From Tubulanus polymorphus (taxonomy: Eukaryota; Animalia; Nemertea), in NCBI RefSeq assembly GCF_964204645.1, contig NC_134036.1, positions 372,001 through 436,000 on the forward strand: a DNA stretch of 64,000 nt, given 5' to 3'. Below the pieces are notes generated by a model, which saw only the letters and a list, made by a program, of their open reading frames with translations, had not been told where the DNA came from and did no database searches. This document shows positions 1-14,804 of this stretch, piece by piece (position 1 is the first letter of the stretch; each line of letters starts with the position of its first letter). Position numbers and translations under genes: made by a program.

Positions 1-103
1 AAGATGTAAGTAATTCAACGATTCCTCGTGAACTGTTAGAACTGTATAAATCATGCTCATGTTCCTCACTCTCTCACTCTTTCCTCTCTTATTATATTTT
101 CAG

Positions 104-3100
104 TATCTGGATGATTTCAATATGTCGTCATCTAAAGAAATGAAGTTGGTATTTTTCCTGGATGCGATGGAACACGTATCGCGTATTGCTCGTATGATTA
201 GACAGGATCGCGGTAATGCTTTACTCGTCGGTGTCGGTGGTACCGGTAAACAATCTCTCACCAGGTGCGTAGTATCTCGGGAATTCTCATACATTGAATT
301 CTTTGAGTGTCTTAGAAGAATCTTTAAGTTGATGAAACATTTTGAGTTCCGTATTGAGATGATAGTATAGAATCCCACTATGATAATATAAGAGTTTTAG
401 AATCTTAGACAACGTAGATTCATGTCTTAAACCTCTGGGGCCGGTTCCTCAGTTGAGACTTAAGTCCAAAAATGGTCTTAAATTTTAAGACTGGTTTTAA
501 GTTGTTAAATGGGTTATAGAACTAAGATGGTCTTAAATTGGTCGTAAGTCTAAGCCATGACTATGGAACTGGACCCAGAGTCTTAGAATAGTTAGGTAGG
601 ATTACGAACTATTTACTGGTAGCTTCTATCAGGTTTGAAGATTATGCTATGCCTGAATAGGTAGAACGTATTCTAGTTGAAATGAACACACCTGAAGAGA
701 CCTCTCTGTAGTTTGTTGATCAAATCCTGCCTTAGAATTTCGTCATAAATTTGTCATAAATATTCTCTTAACTCAACCGCTGGTCTATGAGTATTTTCAG
801 ATAATATAGATGTTTATTTTTCTGGTTGTTATATTTCAGATTGGCGTCACATATTTGCGGATATCGTTGTTTCCAGATCGAACTTAGTCGTGGTTATGAC
901 TACGCTGCGTTCCACGACGATCTGAAGAAATTGTATCAATTTGCCGGAGTGAAAAATGAGAATACAGTTTTCCTGTTCACAGATACGCAGGTTAATTCTA
1001 AGAGTCGCTAATTCAGGAAATTCTTTAAAAATCTTAAACTGCCCTTTTTCCCCCTATTGCTGATATTTTGCAATGCCTCTGACTAATTTGCCGTTTCAGA
1101 AAATTCTTCAAGATCTTCACAAGTTAAACCGCCCCTTTACTACTCGATACTAACGCCCCCTGGTGTTGTTTCTATATTTCATATAGATCGTAGTCGAAGA
1201 GTTTTTAGAAGACATCAACAATATTTTGAATTCCGGTGAAGTTCCGAATTTATTCGAAGCCGATGAATATGAACAGTTGATTATTGGTTGTCGCCCGGCA
1301 GCGAAAGAACTCGGAATCGCCGAGGGCAACAGAGAGGCTATATTTGATTTCTGTATCAATAGAGTCAGGTATGAGTACTATGTATCATCTGTAGTAGACT
1401 GAAGTTAAGCCTAACCCTAACTAGTGCCGTACAGAGTACAGTGACCAGTGACTGCGGTCTTATCATTGTAAACTAGTGGATATAGAAATTCTACTTACTG
1501 ACTGGAATTAGTGTTGATATTTTGACAGTTTTAATCCAATCCTCTAAATCCAAAAATCCAATAGTTTGTCTTCAGGTTTAGCTGATCAATTAATCCATTT
1601 ATGATAAATCCTGTTTCAAACGATCTCCTGATTCACTGGAATCCTCTTGATAAATCTCTCCTAGTTAAAACAGTTAATAGAGCGAATTGTTTTGTTTATT
1701 TATCAATCCTTAAATTGAGTAATTAGTTTTAATGTAAGTTCCTCAGGTCAATGGAGTCTTATGTATTCACATACTGCTGGTATAGGCCTTAACAACAGGG
1801 CTGAGGTGTATGATCTATGTGCATTGAACCATAGCAAGTGACTGACTGAGTGAGAGGGCTTCACTGTCACTTGACACCTTGGGGCTAGCTCCAGTTGTCA
1901 ATTAGGGTTAGCCAGTATCCAATCATAACCCTAGGGTTAGGGTTAGCTCCTCCCACCAGTGACCCTAGGCTTGTGATTGGTTTAGAGCTGGGTGTGGCAC
2001 CCATACAAGTAAATACACATAATCAACAGCAAATTATTGAAATTTTATTGAACTTAGATGGAAAGTTTATGAGGTTTTGTCTGTTTTAACAGATCCTGAA
2101 GGGTTCTGAATGGACCCTGAGGGTTCCACTAGGGTATTCAGAGACGAACATGTCACTGTTATCCAAGGCATACAGTCAAACAGATAGATCTCTTATCTGA
2201 ATACTATGCCCCTAAACTATAAATGCTACATATATATTTCACTATTTTTCAAATAAAATTCCAGAACCCAACTCACCCACTTAACTCCACTTTACATGAA
2301 TATTATTAGTTAATAATTAAGTTGGTAATTTGTATTAGAATAAATAGATTGATATAAAATAGAATATTTCCATAAATTAAGCAAAAGATTACATGGATCT
2401 CACATTGATGTGCTACACTGATCATATCAAAATACAATTGAAGAATTATTTTTGTCTGATCTGATATTTCAGGAATAATCTACACGTCGTACTGTGTATG
2501 AGTCCTGTAGGGAACGCTTTCCGCAGTAGGTGTCGTATGTTCCCGTCACTAGTCAACTGTTGTACTATCGATTGGTTCACCGAATGGCCACGAGAGGCGC
2601 TACTGGACGTATCAAATTCGTTCTTCGAACATATCGACCTCGGGGATGATTCGTTGAAAGTAAGAAACAAGGAATAATGTCATAATCTTTTCACTGAATT
2701 CTAAACAAAACTTATTTCATTTAAAAATAGAATATATTGATAACTGATTCATATCAGAACATCTAATGTAGTCTATGATATCAGTTTGTGCAGCTGGCAT
2801 CAGAATCACTTTTTAGTGAAGAAAAGAAAAGTTGTCCAAAATCACTTACAAAATTCAAATAGTAATGTAATGATTTAATTCATGTATAAAAGATATATTG
2901 AATATATTTTTGAAATGGGTTTGAACCATGAAAAGTATGATATCGAAATCTCAATTGTCAAAAATAACTTTAATGGTCTATATTTAATGAAACAATTTGT
3001 TGATTCTAGAAAAAAAACTGTTTTTAACTGTCTTTAATTTGATTTTGATGAAATATTTTATGAAACTGACAGTAAGTGAATGATGTATTTGTTAACAGGA

Positions 3101-6100
3101 GATGGCATCAGAAATGTGCGTAGCTATCCATACGAGCGTCAGTGAAATGGCTGAACGATTCTATACGGAACTGAAACGCCGATACTACACGACGCCGACC
3201 AGTTACCTCGAGTTAATCAATCTGTATTTATCGATGCTCGGCGAGAAGAAAAAAGAATTGATTTACGCGAGAGATCGAATAAAAAACGGTCTGCAAAAAC
3301 TACTGGAAACGAATGAACTAGTTGCCAGTATGGAGGTAAATATACACAGCTGTCAACTGTCTCAGATTGTGTCTCAGATTGTCACCCATGAGGGTGTTTT
3401 TTTATGGTATTGAAAAAAACTATTGTTGTTTCTGAAACTATTTTCTACTGTCTCTCTAAAAAATTGTTCTAACTCTTAAATTACTTTTTTCCCTGATGCA
3501 GTAATTGATGAGTTCGCCGGTCTGAATATAACATCAGCAACTTATACTGGATCAGTTCCATTAACTGAATATTATATTGATATAGTATTTTACTGTAGGG
3601 ATATAACATTGGAAATTATATGATTTTAACTCAACTGATATATACTCAGTTAAGAAGAAGATAAATGACCCTTTAATGTTTCTTTGAAGATGGGATTTAG
3701 AGATTTGTCTCAAAACTGTTAGAATGTAAGATATCATTGATTGTGGGATCATTGATCTTAACTCTTCATAATTGACCGACGCGTAGAACTGGCTCCTGGA
3801 TGCCTCATTAGTTAAACCATCTTTCATAAATATTGAAAAAGCTTCATAAACTTAAGTCTTGTCTTGTATTCCTGATAGAATATACTTCATTTGTGTTCCA
3901 CTTATTATCTCACCTTGCCTGTAATTAGTCTAATAACAAGAATTATTAATTTCTCATAATAAATACACTTCCTCTTATATTATAGGTTGAATTGGTAGCG
4001 TTGGAACCGGAGTTGAAAAAGAAATCGGCAGATACGGAAGCTTTGATGGAGAAACTGGTCGTAGATCAAGAGAAAGCAGACGCCGTTCGTAAAGTAGTGA
4101 AAGAAGATGAAGCGGTTGCTAAAGTAAAAGCTGAAGAAACTCAAGCGATCGCTGACGACGCTCAGAGAGATTTAGACGAAGCTCTACCCGCTCTAGAGGC
4201 GGCTATCAAGGTACTTACTGCTAAACTAATTAACCCCCTCCCTCCACAGTTGCCCCTGAGTGGAGACAGGTAACAGGTATATGTATCTTGCCCAGGGACA
4301 CTTAAGTTCAGGGGCTGCAGTTGCATAGTCATGGCTTAGACTTAAGACCAGTCTTAGTTCTATAGCCGATCTAACAACTTATGACCAGTCTTAAGATTTA
4401 AGTCCACTTATGGACTTAACGTCACAACTATGCAACTGGCCCCAGGGCTGCAGTTGCTCAAAAGATGATTAAAGATGATTTGATGGATAGATACTATAGT
4501 AATAATAAACTTTCAATCATCTCTTTGTAAACTATCCACTGGTTAACTCTAAACAACTTTTCAGCAACTGGCCCCAGGGTTCAAGCCCATGGTTGATACA
4601 TTCTAACCAACCATACCTCAATGAATTCAAAGTATTCAAAAGATAATAGTTTGTAGTTTTTAGTGTGGAATTTACATCTAATTGACGATATGACCTGTTT
4701 CTACAATGTAGATGATACCATTTTGTTCTGATAAATATGATATTGATATATCTGATTTCAGGCTTTGGACGCGCTGGATAAAAACGATATATCAGAGATC
4801 CGAGTGTTCAGTAAACCACCAGAACTCGTGCAGACCGTGATGGAAGCCGTCTGCGTGCTACTGAACTGTAAAACTGACTGGCAATCCGCCAAGGTCGTCC
4901 TCGGCGACAACAACTTCCTGAAGAAGCTGTACGAATACGATAAGGATAAGATTCCCGAATCGACTTTGAAGAAACTGAAAAAATACATCGAAAATCCGAA
5001 TTTCACGGTCGAGAAAGTGGAGAAAGTATCGAAGGCTTGTAAGTCGATGTGTATGTGGGTGAGAGCTATGGATTTATACGCGAGGGTTTTCAGGACGGTG
5101 CAGCCGAAACGCGACCGTCTCGCGGCGGCCGAGGTCGAACTCGAGTCTACGATGAGTTTACTGAGAGAGAAACAAGCGAAACTACAGGACGTCGAGGATC
5201 AGATCGCTACGTTACAGAAACAATACGACGACAGCGTCTCCGAGAAACAGAGACTCGTGAAGAACATCGGGCAGACACAGGGTCGATTGAAACGAGCTTC
5301 GAAACTGACGACGGCTCTCGCCGACGAGCAAGGTCGCTGGAAGGAAGGGGTCGAGAATTACGAGCGACAGATCGGGAATATAATCGGGGATGTGTTTATA
5401 GCGGCGGCGTGCGTCGCGTATTACGGAGCGTTTACGAGCACGTACAGAGAGGAACTCGTACACGGCTGGATCAAACACTGTCAGGATTTAGGAATCCCCG
5501 TCAGCGAGGGTATCTCTCTAATCTCGATACTCGGAGACCCGTTCGAGATACGTCAATGGAACACCGACGGGTTACCGCGCGATCAGGTATCCACGGAGAA
5601 CGCGATTCTCGTCACTAGGGGGCGTCGATGGCCGCTGATGATCGACCCGCAGGATCAAGCTAATCGTTGGATTCGTAATAAGGAACAACGAAACGGATTG
5701 AAATGTATAAAACTAACGGACGGAAATTTCCTGCGGACTCTGGAGAATTGTATCCGAATCGGAATGCCGGTTCTGCTCGAAGAGATCGGTGAATTCTTAG
5801 ATCCAGCCCTCGAGCCCATCTTACTCAAACAGACATTCTTATCGGTACGTTTACAAGACAATTTCAAATTTCTGCCGTTCGTTTAAGAGCAAAACTCACA
5901 TTGAAGTCTTCATAGTTAGGACGAGCATAATGATGACTTACATGTAGTAAATAGAATTTTTAGTAGAAATTGAGACTCAATGTTAGAGACAACATCATCA
6001 GGTTTTACTGTTGAACATTCTAAAATTGTGAAGACAAAAAACTGATCTAATTGAGAAATATTTCTAATTGATATTTTACAGGGAGGTCGATTGTTGATAC

Positions 6101-9100
6101 GTTTAGGAGACAGTGACATCGAATATGACAAGAACTTCGCGTTTTATATGACGACTAAAATGTCGAATCCTCACTATCTTCCGGAAGTGTGTATTAAAGT
6201 GACGATTATAAACTTTACAGTCACTCCGGCCGGTCTGGAGGATCAATTACTCAGGTACGTCATACTCCAATACTTTCTGGAGGACATTTTTTACAAAATC
6301 TCCTTAAACTTTACTATTAAGAATCACGAGTTTTCGGTAGTCTGTTCACCTGGAGGAATGGTAGTATAAATCCCTATAACTCCAAGGTTCATCAAGTATA
6401 TGTCTCATATTTTCTGGAGGAGTTGCGTCTGAAAGTTGGTTAATTATGTGGTTATATTTGTAGCGATGTCGTAAGATTGGAGCGGCCGGATTTGGAAGAG
6501 CAACGAAATCAATTGATCGTCAGAATCAATGCAGATCGAAATCAGCTGAAAGCAATCGAAGACAGAATTCTAAAATTGATGTTTGAATCGGAGGGAAATA
6601 TTCTAGATAATGAGGAACTTATAAATACATTGAATGAATCTAAGGTAAAGACACGAAGATTCAGTTTCATAGCTGTTGGTTATGGTTAGACTCAGGGCCC
6701 AGTTGCACGGTCTCGACTTCAGTCTAAAAGTGGTCTTAACTACTAAGTTTGGTCTCAAGTAGAACTAAGATGTCTTCTTAGACTGGTCTTAGATATAAGC
6801 CTTGAATGTGCAACTGGACCCAGAGTTTCAGTTAGAATGAATCAAATCTGAGTTGAATTTAACTAGTCTATCGAAGCTAACTTTAGTCTATAGAATTAAA
6901 GTTAGTTCATTCCCAATATTTTCATCTTTAGTCTATAAATCTCTAGTAATTCTATTACCTAAAAGTTACGATATCATTCATTATTCAACTATTCTATAAC
7001 AATAGGTAAAGTTGCTATTTGATATTGATGTTAATGCTGTTTTAAATGCTAATAGGTAACGTCAGGAGTGATATCTCAGAGATTAGCCGAAGCAGAGAAG
7101 ACGGAGGATATGATAACAACCGCTCGTGAGAAATATCGATCTGTAGCTAAACGGGGATCGATCATGTATTTCGTTGTAGCCAATATGGGTGAAGTCGATC
7201 CTATGTATCAATTCTCTCTGAAATACTTCAAATCGGTAAGTAGCGCAATTACAAACCAGTCCGTTTAACGTCACAGTTCTAATCATATTTCTGTTCTTAC
7301 TGTGATCATTTACTTAAAATTCAGGGGCCGGTACCATAGACAAGACAAATCTTATGACTTCTCTTAAGTTGTTAGATTGGCTATAGAACTAAGTTGGTCT
7401 TCAATCGGTCTTAAGTCTAAGCCCTGACTATGGAACCAGACCCTGGGGTTAACTCAATTGAAAATGAATTGAGTTAATTAAAGATAATACCGATCTATAA
7501 AACCGGGCCCTAGCTATCATAAATACACAATCTGAAATATTTTAAAAATGATTGATAATCTTTCAGTAATTAGATCAAAAGCCAGTTCCACAGTAAATGG
7601 TTAGATTAAAGACCTAAGCTCATCATTACTCTATTGCTAAACCAAAACCTTAGGATCAGCGATATGTTATTTGAAGACCAGTTTCTACGTGAAAGTTACA
7701 ACTGTAAAACTAGGTTTAGACTTTGTTTCAAAATATGAAAATCAACTCTTAAATCTTACTAATAAATATATTTTCTCTGTTTCTAGTTGTTTAACGCGAC
7801 TATTGAGAACTCGGAGAAGAACAGCGATTTAGTAAAACGTCTAGAGATACTACTGAGTGAAACGACGCGTGTAATTTACGAGAATGTCGCTCGCGGTCTG
7901 TTTGAGAAAGATAAACTAGTATTCTCATTCCTGCTGTGCGGAGAGATTCTCCGTGGAGACGATGAAATCACCGATAACGAATGGAACTATTTCCTACGCG
8001 GAGCGGTCGCTGTCGATAAGGTGAGTTTTTAGAAATGTTTAAAATTTCTCTCAGAGTCCAGAATTTCGATAAGGTTAATAATAACTCATATTTTTATAGA
8101 AATGTTTAAAATTTCTCTCAAATTTATGAGTTCAGAATTTTGATTGTCTTTGATGTTTTTACAGGAGCGTCCTGCGAAGCCGGAATTTGATTGGTTAACG
8201 TTGAATCACTGGTACGCCACCTGTGATCTGGAGGATGCACTACCGGCGTTTAAAGGAATAAGGAAAGCGTTGGTTTCGACTCCAGTTTCCGCTCAAATAG
8301 GGGAATTACTGGTGAGTAATAATCTATTAAACCAGGGGGCGCTGCAGTTGCTGAAAAGGTTGTTGTAGTTAACCAGTGGATGACAAAAGTACTCGGTAGC
8401 AAAAGTTCATTGTTATTATGGTATCTATCCACCGGTTATCTTGAACCAACTTTTGAAAAGCAACTTCAGCCCAAGCTGTTAGTAAATTTTTCAATTTCAA
8501 AACTTAATGATTTGAATTAGATTCATAGAAATTACTGAATACAGTCGACTACAGGCTTGCCTCGGTTCTCACTGAGCCGGATAAATCTTCTGTAAGGCAG
8601 CGGTTGAATTGCATGGCAGACGAACGATGGGTTGTCATCACATGAATTAAGAGTAGGGAAACATTTTGTCCCCATGCGGGGTACGGGATAATCTGAAGCA
8701 ACCAGCTCGGTGGCAAGCGGGTGCGGTTTATTGTATATGAAACTGTCTAGTATGATTTAGATACGTGTGGTTGTATATTCAATTATTAATTACAGATCGC
8801 TGCGAATCCTACGGAATCTCCCAGCTATGGTCCGATGCCTCCAGAACCGACAGCAGATGAGGATCCTAATTCAGACGCTGTACGAGGACATTGGAATAAA
8901 CGACTTTCTAGTTTCCAGAAACTCATCTTCATCAAAACATTCCGTGACGAGAAGGTAAATTATATAAATACTCCACTAACTGCACTGACATCAACTTTCA
9001 CTATAACAGTATCCAGATCGACCCACTGAGCACCAGTCACTCGCTCGAAAGTCGAAAGTTGGTTGCTCGAAAGTCGGTTGAATTAAGAATCAGAGATAGA

Positions 9101-12100
9101 TATCATCGTAACAATACAGTTTTAATTGTCGCTATGTCAACTATCCTTTGGTGAACTGTAACCTACTTTTGAGTAACTGCAGCCCCTGAGTATGATTAGC
9201 AAGTTTGATGTTTCTTATTCCATGAATCAAAGGAGACATACCCAGAGAAGAACCTTCGACCAAGAAACACCTTTCAACTCTACCAAATTTAGTCAACATT
9301 GAATTCTAAATAGTTTCTATGATTGTTTCTACTTGCAGGTTATTTTCGCGGTGACAGATTTTGTGAAAGAGAATCTTGGTAAACAGTTTGTAGAAAGTCC
9401 ATCGACAGATCTACACCTATTGTACGGGTCGATGAATAAAATAACGCCGTTAGTGTTCGTTTTGAGCACCGGTTCGGATCCAATGGGTTCATTCCAACGG
9501 TTCGCTAAAGAGAAAGGATACACGGACAGGTATAGAGACTGATCATTAACACTGCCTCAATTCAGGGTGCCGCCACTGACCTGGAAAACTCTAGAAAAGA
9601 AATCTGGGAAAACTGGGGGAATTTGACAAATTTTGCGAAACCCTGGAACACTCGGAATTCGGATAATGCATTGACCACTATTGTTTCTTTATCAATTCGT
9701 GATTCAATGAAAAATTAATGAATTGTAACATTTTAAACCTAGAAATTTCTCTGATTCATTCAGGGGGAATTTGTGTAATCACATCGAAAAATCTGGGAAT
9801 TTGTATTGGTGGAAAGTGCTATTCAAAATGTAGGCCTATTTAGAATTTTCAAAATATCCTTGGGGGATGACTTTGCATTACCGGTATGTACTAATAGTTC
9901 AAGGAGGAATGTACGTCAATGAAGAAATTAGTAAACTCAAAACTTCCCCCTCTCCCCTCATATCTCAGCAGATATTAGTATTGATATTGCGTGTTTGTTA
10001 ATTGCAGGATACAAGCGATATCACTTGGTCAGGGTCAAGGTCCTGTGGCTGAAAAACTGATTGCAAATGCAATAAAAACAGGAGACTGGGTTTTCTTACA
10101 GGTACAGATACAATAGATATGTTTATTATAACTTCCTTATCTAAGTCTTTCATTTGAAATCAAGAAAATATTTTCTTGAAGAATTTAATGAAATCATAGC
10201 ATGCCACAGATGCTGAGTAAAGTAGACTCTGCTCAAATCTGAGCTTTATGAATGAAAATGTCCCACACTTGAGAGTGATATCAGAGTTGGATGGTACTGG
10301 TTTACAGGGTCAGAAAAATATTCTAGAAAAGCCCTAAATTAAACACAATCTACTGTAGCATCCACTAGGCTGATAGATGAATTTGAAATTCAAATGTATA
10401 TTAACTGTTTGTAGTAATGAATATCTGACCAGTAGAGACTGATGATATAAATGTCAATGTTATTTTGATTCCTCTGATGATGGTGATAGATGATGAAGTT
10501 TCGTGAAAACTTCAAAACTATCAGAATAAACTAAATGTTATATCATCAACTGTGGGTTTTGCTTAATAATCAAATGTTAGCAATAAATACTGAACGGAGC
10601 AAACTGCAGTAGAATGGATCATACAAATACAAACCAGTGAATAAATGAGGGAATTGAAACGGTACAATGATCGCCTCTTCAAAATTGTCAGAAAACTGGT
10701 ATCCCATCAACTGTGGGTTTTGCTAATTAATTTAGGTAACTGGTTGTATTGTATTTATAGAATTGTCACTTGGCCGCGTCATGGATGATCAGTATGGAGA
10801 ATCTGATCAAAGACCAAGCAGAAAATCCGACCGATATTCACGAAGATTATCGTCTGTTCCTCAGCTCGATGCCGGCGAAATCGTTCCCGGTAACCGTTCT
10901 ACAGAACAGCGTTAAAGTAACGAACGAACCGCCGAAAGGTCTCCGCGCCAACACCAAACGAGCTTTCAGCGAAATCACACCGAACTTCTTCGAGGAAAAT
11001 AGTAAGTTAATCTGTGAATGAAACATGGTTCGATTTTATAGTTTAATACTCGGGAACCCCTGTAACCGGTTGCACAGTCACGGCTTAGACTTAAGACCAG
11101 TCTAATACCAACTTAGTTCTATAGCCAATCTAACAACTTAAGACCAGTCTAAAGATTTATGACCTCTTTTGGACTTAAGTCTCAACTGTGCAACCGGGCC
11201 CTGGAGCCTTGGTTATAATTGTATGAACACTATGTGTGGGGTTAGTTCTATCTCTATCTATTTGCCTGCAGTGCTGAAGAATTACTAGAATGTGAACCCA
11301 TAGTTAAAATGCTATGAACACTATGTGAGGGGTCGGGGCTATCTACATCTGTTTCCCTGCAGCGCTGAAGAATTTACTAAAATTGTCATCTGTCTTTGTT
11401 TTTGAATCACAGTTCTCGGAATTCGATGGAGGAAGGTGATATTTGGAGTTTGTTTCTTCCACGCGATTATACAGGAACGTAAGAAGTTTGGTCCACTAGG
11501 TTGGAACATACGTGTAAGTGTCATCATTCATTGCTAGCAACTGTTATTGATAGTTCACTCTGTCTGAAAGAAGTCAGGGTTTTTATCTTATTCCCGGAAG
11601 CTTCCCTTGAATTCAGGAATGGAGAGTCTCTCCTTGTAGTATTTTATTTGTATCGACTAGTGTTCTATGTAAAGGAACCTTAAAGCGGTCAGAATTTTGT
11701 AAATCTAAAATCGATTTAATTTCTCAATGACTTCAGTAAATTGATATAGAAATATAAGATATTTTTGTGAAACTGTGTTCACAGTAAGACAGTAGTATTG
11801 ATGAACTAATGTTTGTTTGTGTTTCAGTATGAGTTCAGTGATAGCGATAGGGAATGCGCGTTACTCAATATGCAGATGTTCTGTGTTGATGGTGAAATAC
11901 CGTGGGACGCTTTGATATATATCACAGGAGAGGTGAGTAGTATCATACACCCCTCATAACCCCCAAACATACTGAGTACTGAGTCTCGGACCCCTCATCC
12001 TCCCTTTATCAAAACATGCTGAGTCTCAGCTTGTTTATTAATTACCAAGAGATGCCTTGATATATACCACTAGCTGGGGAGGTAAGCTGTATCATAGACC

Positions 12101-14723
12101 CTTCATAACCCCCAAACACGGAATTTTGTTAAATTTATTACCTTATATATCACAGGAGAGGTGTATGTATTATCATAGACCCACATCCCCCCTTAAACCA
12201 AACATACTTAGTCTCTGCTTCATTATTCATTTAATGAGTCAATTTAAGGAGCAATAAGATAAAAAAGAGAATTTAACTCTTGAACTAGTTGAGGGGGAGG
12301 TTTACTGTAATTTCACTTGAAGCATGTAATTTCATTCCTTGAAATTTAATCTTGTAATTTTTTGTCTTCATGTATAAATTACTGGGGCCAGTTGCTCAAA
12401 AGTTGGTTAAAGATAACCGGCCGTTAAATACCATAGTAACAATGAACTTTTGATTGTCACCATATCAACTATCCACTGATTAACTCTAACCAACATTTGA
12501 GCAACTGGACCCTGAATGATGAGTCGTCAGTTTTAGGATGTTTACGGTACGTTGATCGTTTGTATTTTTAGATAACGTACGGCGGTCGTGTAACAGACGC
12601 GTGGGATCAGAGATGTCTTCGTACGATTCTCAAACGTTTCTTCGCGCCGAACACGATCGACGACGGATACAAATACTCGGAATCGGGAATTTATTACGGA
12701 CCGAATTTAGACACGCTTCAGGAATATCGAGATTTCATCAGCGATTTACCGATTATCGATAATCCTGAGATTTTCGGAATGCACGAAAACGCTAACATCG
12801 CCTTCCAGGTAAAATAGCTATCGATCACGGTGGCGCCACCTATTTGAAATTCAGGGAAAGTCTGGGAAAAATCTTAAAATCAGGAATAGTCATTGAAATG
12901 AGATTGCTAGATCGCACGTAAGATCAAACAGTTTCTGTCTATGTCTTACATATTTGACTGCGTTAATTGATCGGATTGTTAGCAGATCAAGTCACGGAAA
13001 ACAACATGCTTGTCAGGGAACGGTCGGGGGAAAGTTTCACACTCTATTTCACTCATGTTGATTATTCATGATATTTATAGAATTCTATTTCATGATGAAT
13101 AGAATTCATAAAAAATAAATCCTAGTCCATAGTTCCTGGTTAACTTTAGACTCTTATCTACAGATAAAATGAGTTTATTTCAAATGTTTTTGACTCGCGA
13201 GTTGAATTTTAACTGACAAACTGCAACGGTCATTGCAAGTGTGGTCCTAAATCTTAAGCCCGGTCCTAAGTTGTTAGAATAAGAACTCTAAATGGTCCGA
13301 TGTAAGCTATCACTGTGCAACTGATTCCTGAGCTCAGAGCTCAATTGTTCCAGGGTGGTTTTAACTTTTCTGTTCGTCGTGGTTCGATAAAAGTGTTAAT
13401 TGAATAAATGAATGAAATCTATGTATATTTTCACAGAGACAAGAAACTCACGCGTTGATAAATACAATCCTTGAAGTTCAGCCTCGTATGTCTAGTGGAA
13501 CAAGTGGTAAATCTAACGATGATATAGTGTACGAATTAGCCGATAGTATTCTAGAGAAACTCATGGATAAACTCGATCTGGAGGAGGCTAATCAGGAGAT
13601 GTTCGAGGTCAGTATTTCATTTAAAGTTCATGAAATCAATGTTTCAATAGCTGTTTCTTTTTGACGCGTTTCATCGCAAAACCGACGAGCTTCACTTAGC
13701 TACAATCAGAAGGCCTTCCATTATTTCTTTCATTAAATGCGCGCTATGATTTCTAACTTTTTCACAAAATCAGGCTCTCGAGAAGCTAGCTAGTTCCACA
13801 GAGCTGGATCCTGATCTAATTGCTGCACTCTGTGGAACTGAGTCCTGTTTATCGCGTTCTATCACTGAATGATTGTGTCTGTGTTCATACATTTGTAGCC
13901 GGATGAAAAAGGAAGATTGAATTCTCTGACGACAGTTTTAACGCAAGAAGTCGACCGATTCAACAAGTTGCTGCAGGTCATAAAGGTAAGATTCGTGCTG
14001 CCCTCTGTAGACTGTATCGATAACTACTCTCGAGGATTGAGCCAAGCTTTGTGTTTATTCATTAAACATACGCGGCTTATGAAAGTAAATTCCAACACTG
14101 TTAAATAAATACAGTGGCATTAAGATGAAGAGTGCTGTTGGAGTGTTATACAGTATAGGCTTGAAGTATTGGAATATAAAGAAGCTTCAAGTCAGGGAAG
14201 CATCCTTCCTGCGTGTCGAAGTGTCTAAGTTACCCCTAGGGATAAATCCTCAATCTAGGTGACAATCAACCATATAAGAAACAGCAGAAATAACTGATGA
14301 ATTTCAAAAATGTTCCCAGGGATTATTTTACCCCCCACGTCTCTGAAACTCTGCCAGGTTTCTAAATGAATAAATAAGAATGATTCTCTTTGCTGCACTC
14401 AGCCTTTCGATGTTATAAATATATTGAGCTCTTAATAGTGAAAGCTTCAACATCATAGCTATAAATAACCTGCAAGAAATTGTCGAATAAATTTGCAAGT
14501 CTCTTTAAAACCCCTATGAAATATGTGAAAATTATTAATCTGAAACCCCTGCACTATGTGTCTATGAGCCCCTAATGAGACTTATTCTTATGTGCATGCA
14601 TGCAATTTAAGTTTATAAGCATAAAAATGCCTTCTTCGATAGCCGTGAATCTGTTATGATCAGATTGAAATACATCGCGTTACATATCCATTGCATGCAT
14701 CAAATATATATATATATATATAT

Positions 14724-14804
<81 letters not shown>

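Noticed and set aside
5049-5618. 189-aa overlapping alternative-frame ORF in the large DNAH6 exon
   Set aside because: It is a shadow frame expected from GC/CpG-rich codon usage; Arg/Thr-rich with no recognisable domain.
13660-13702. Minus-strand GAAACGCGUC hammerhead-like 3' half
   Set aside because: The 5' core reads CUAAGUGA and stem II pairs poorly; at most a decayed copy.
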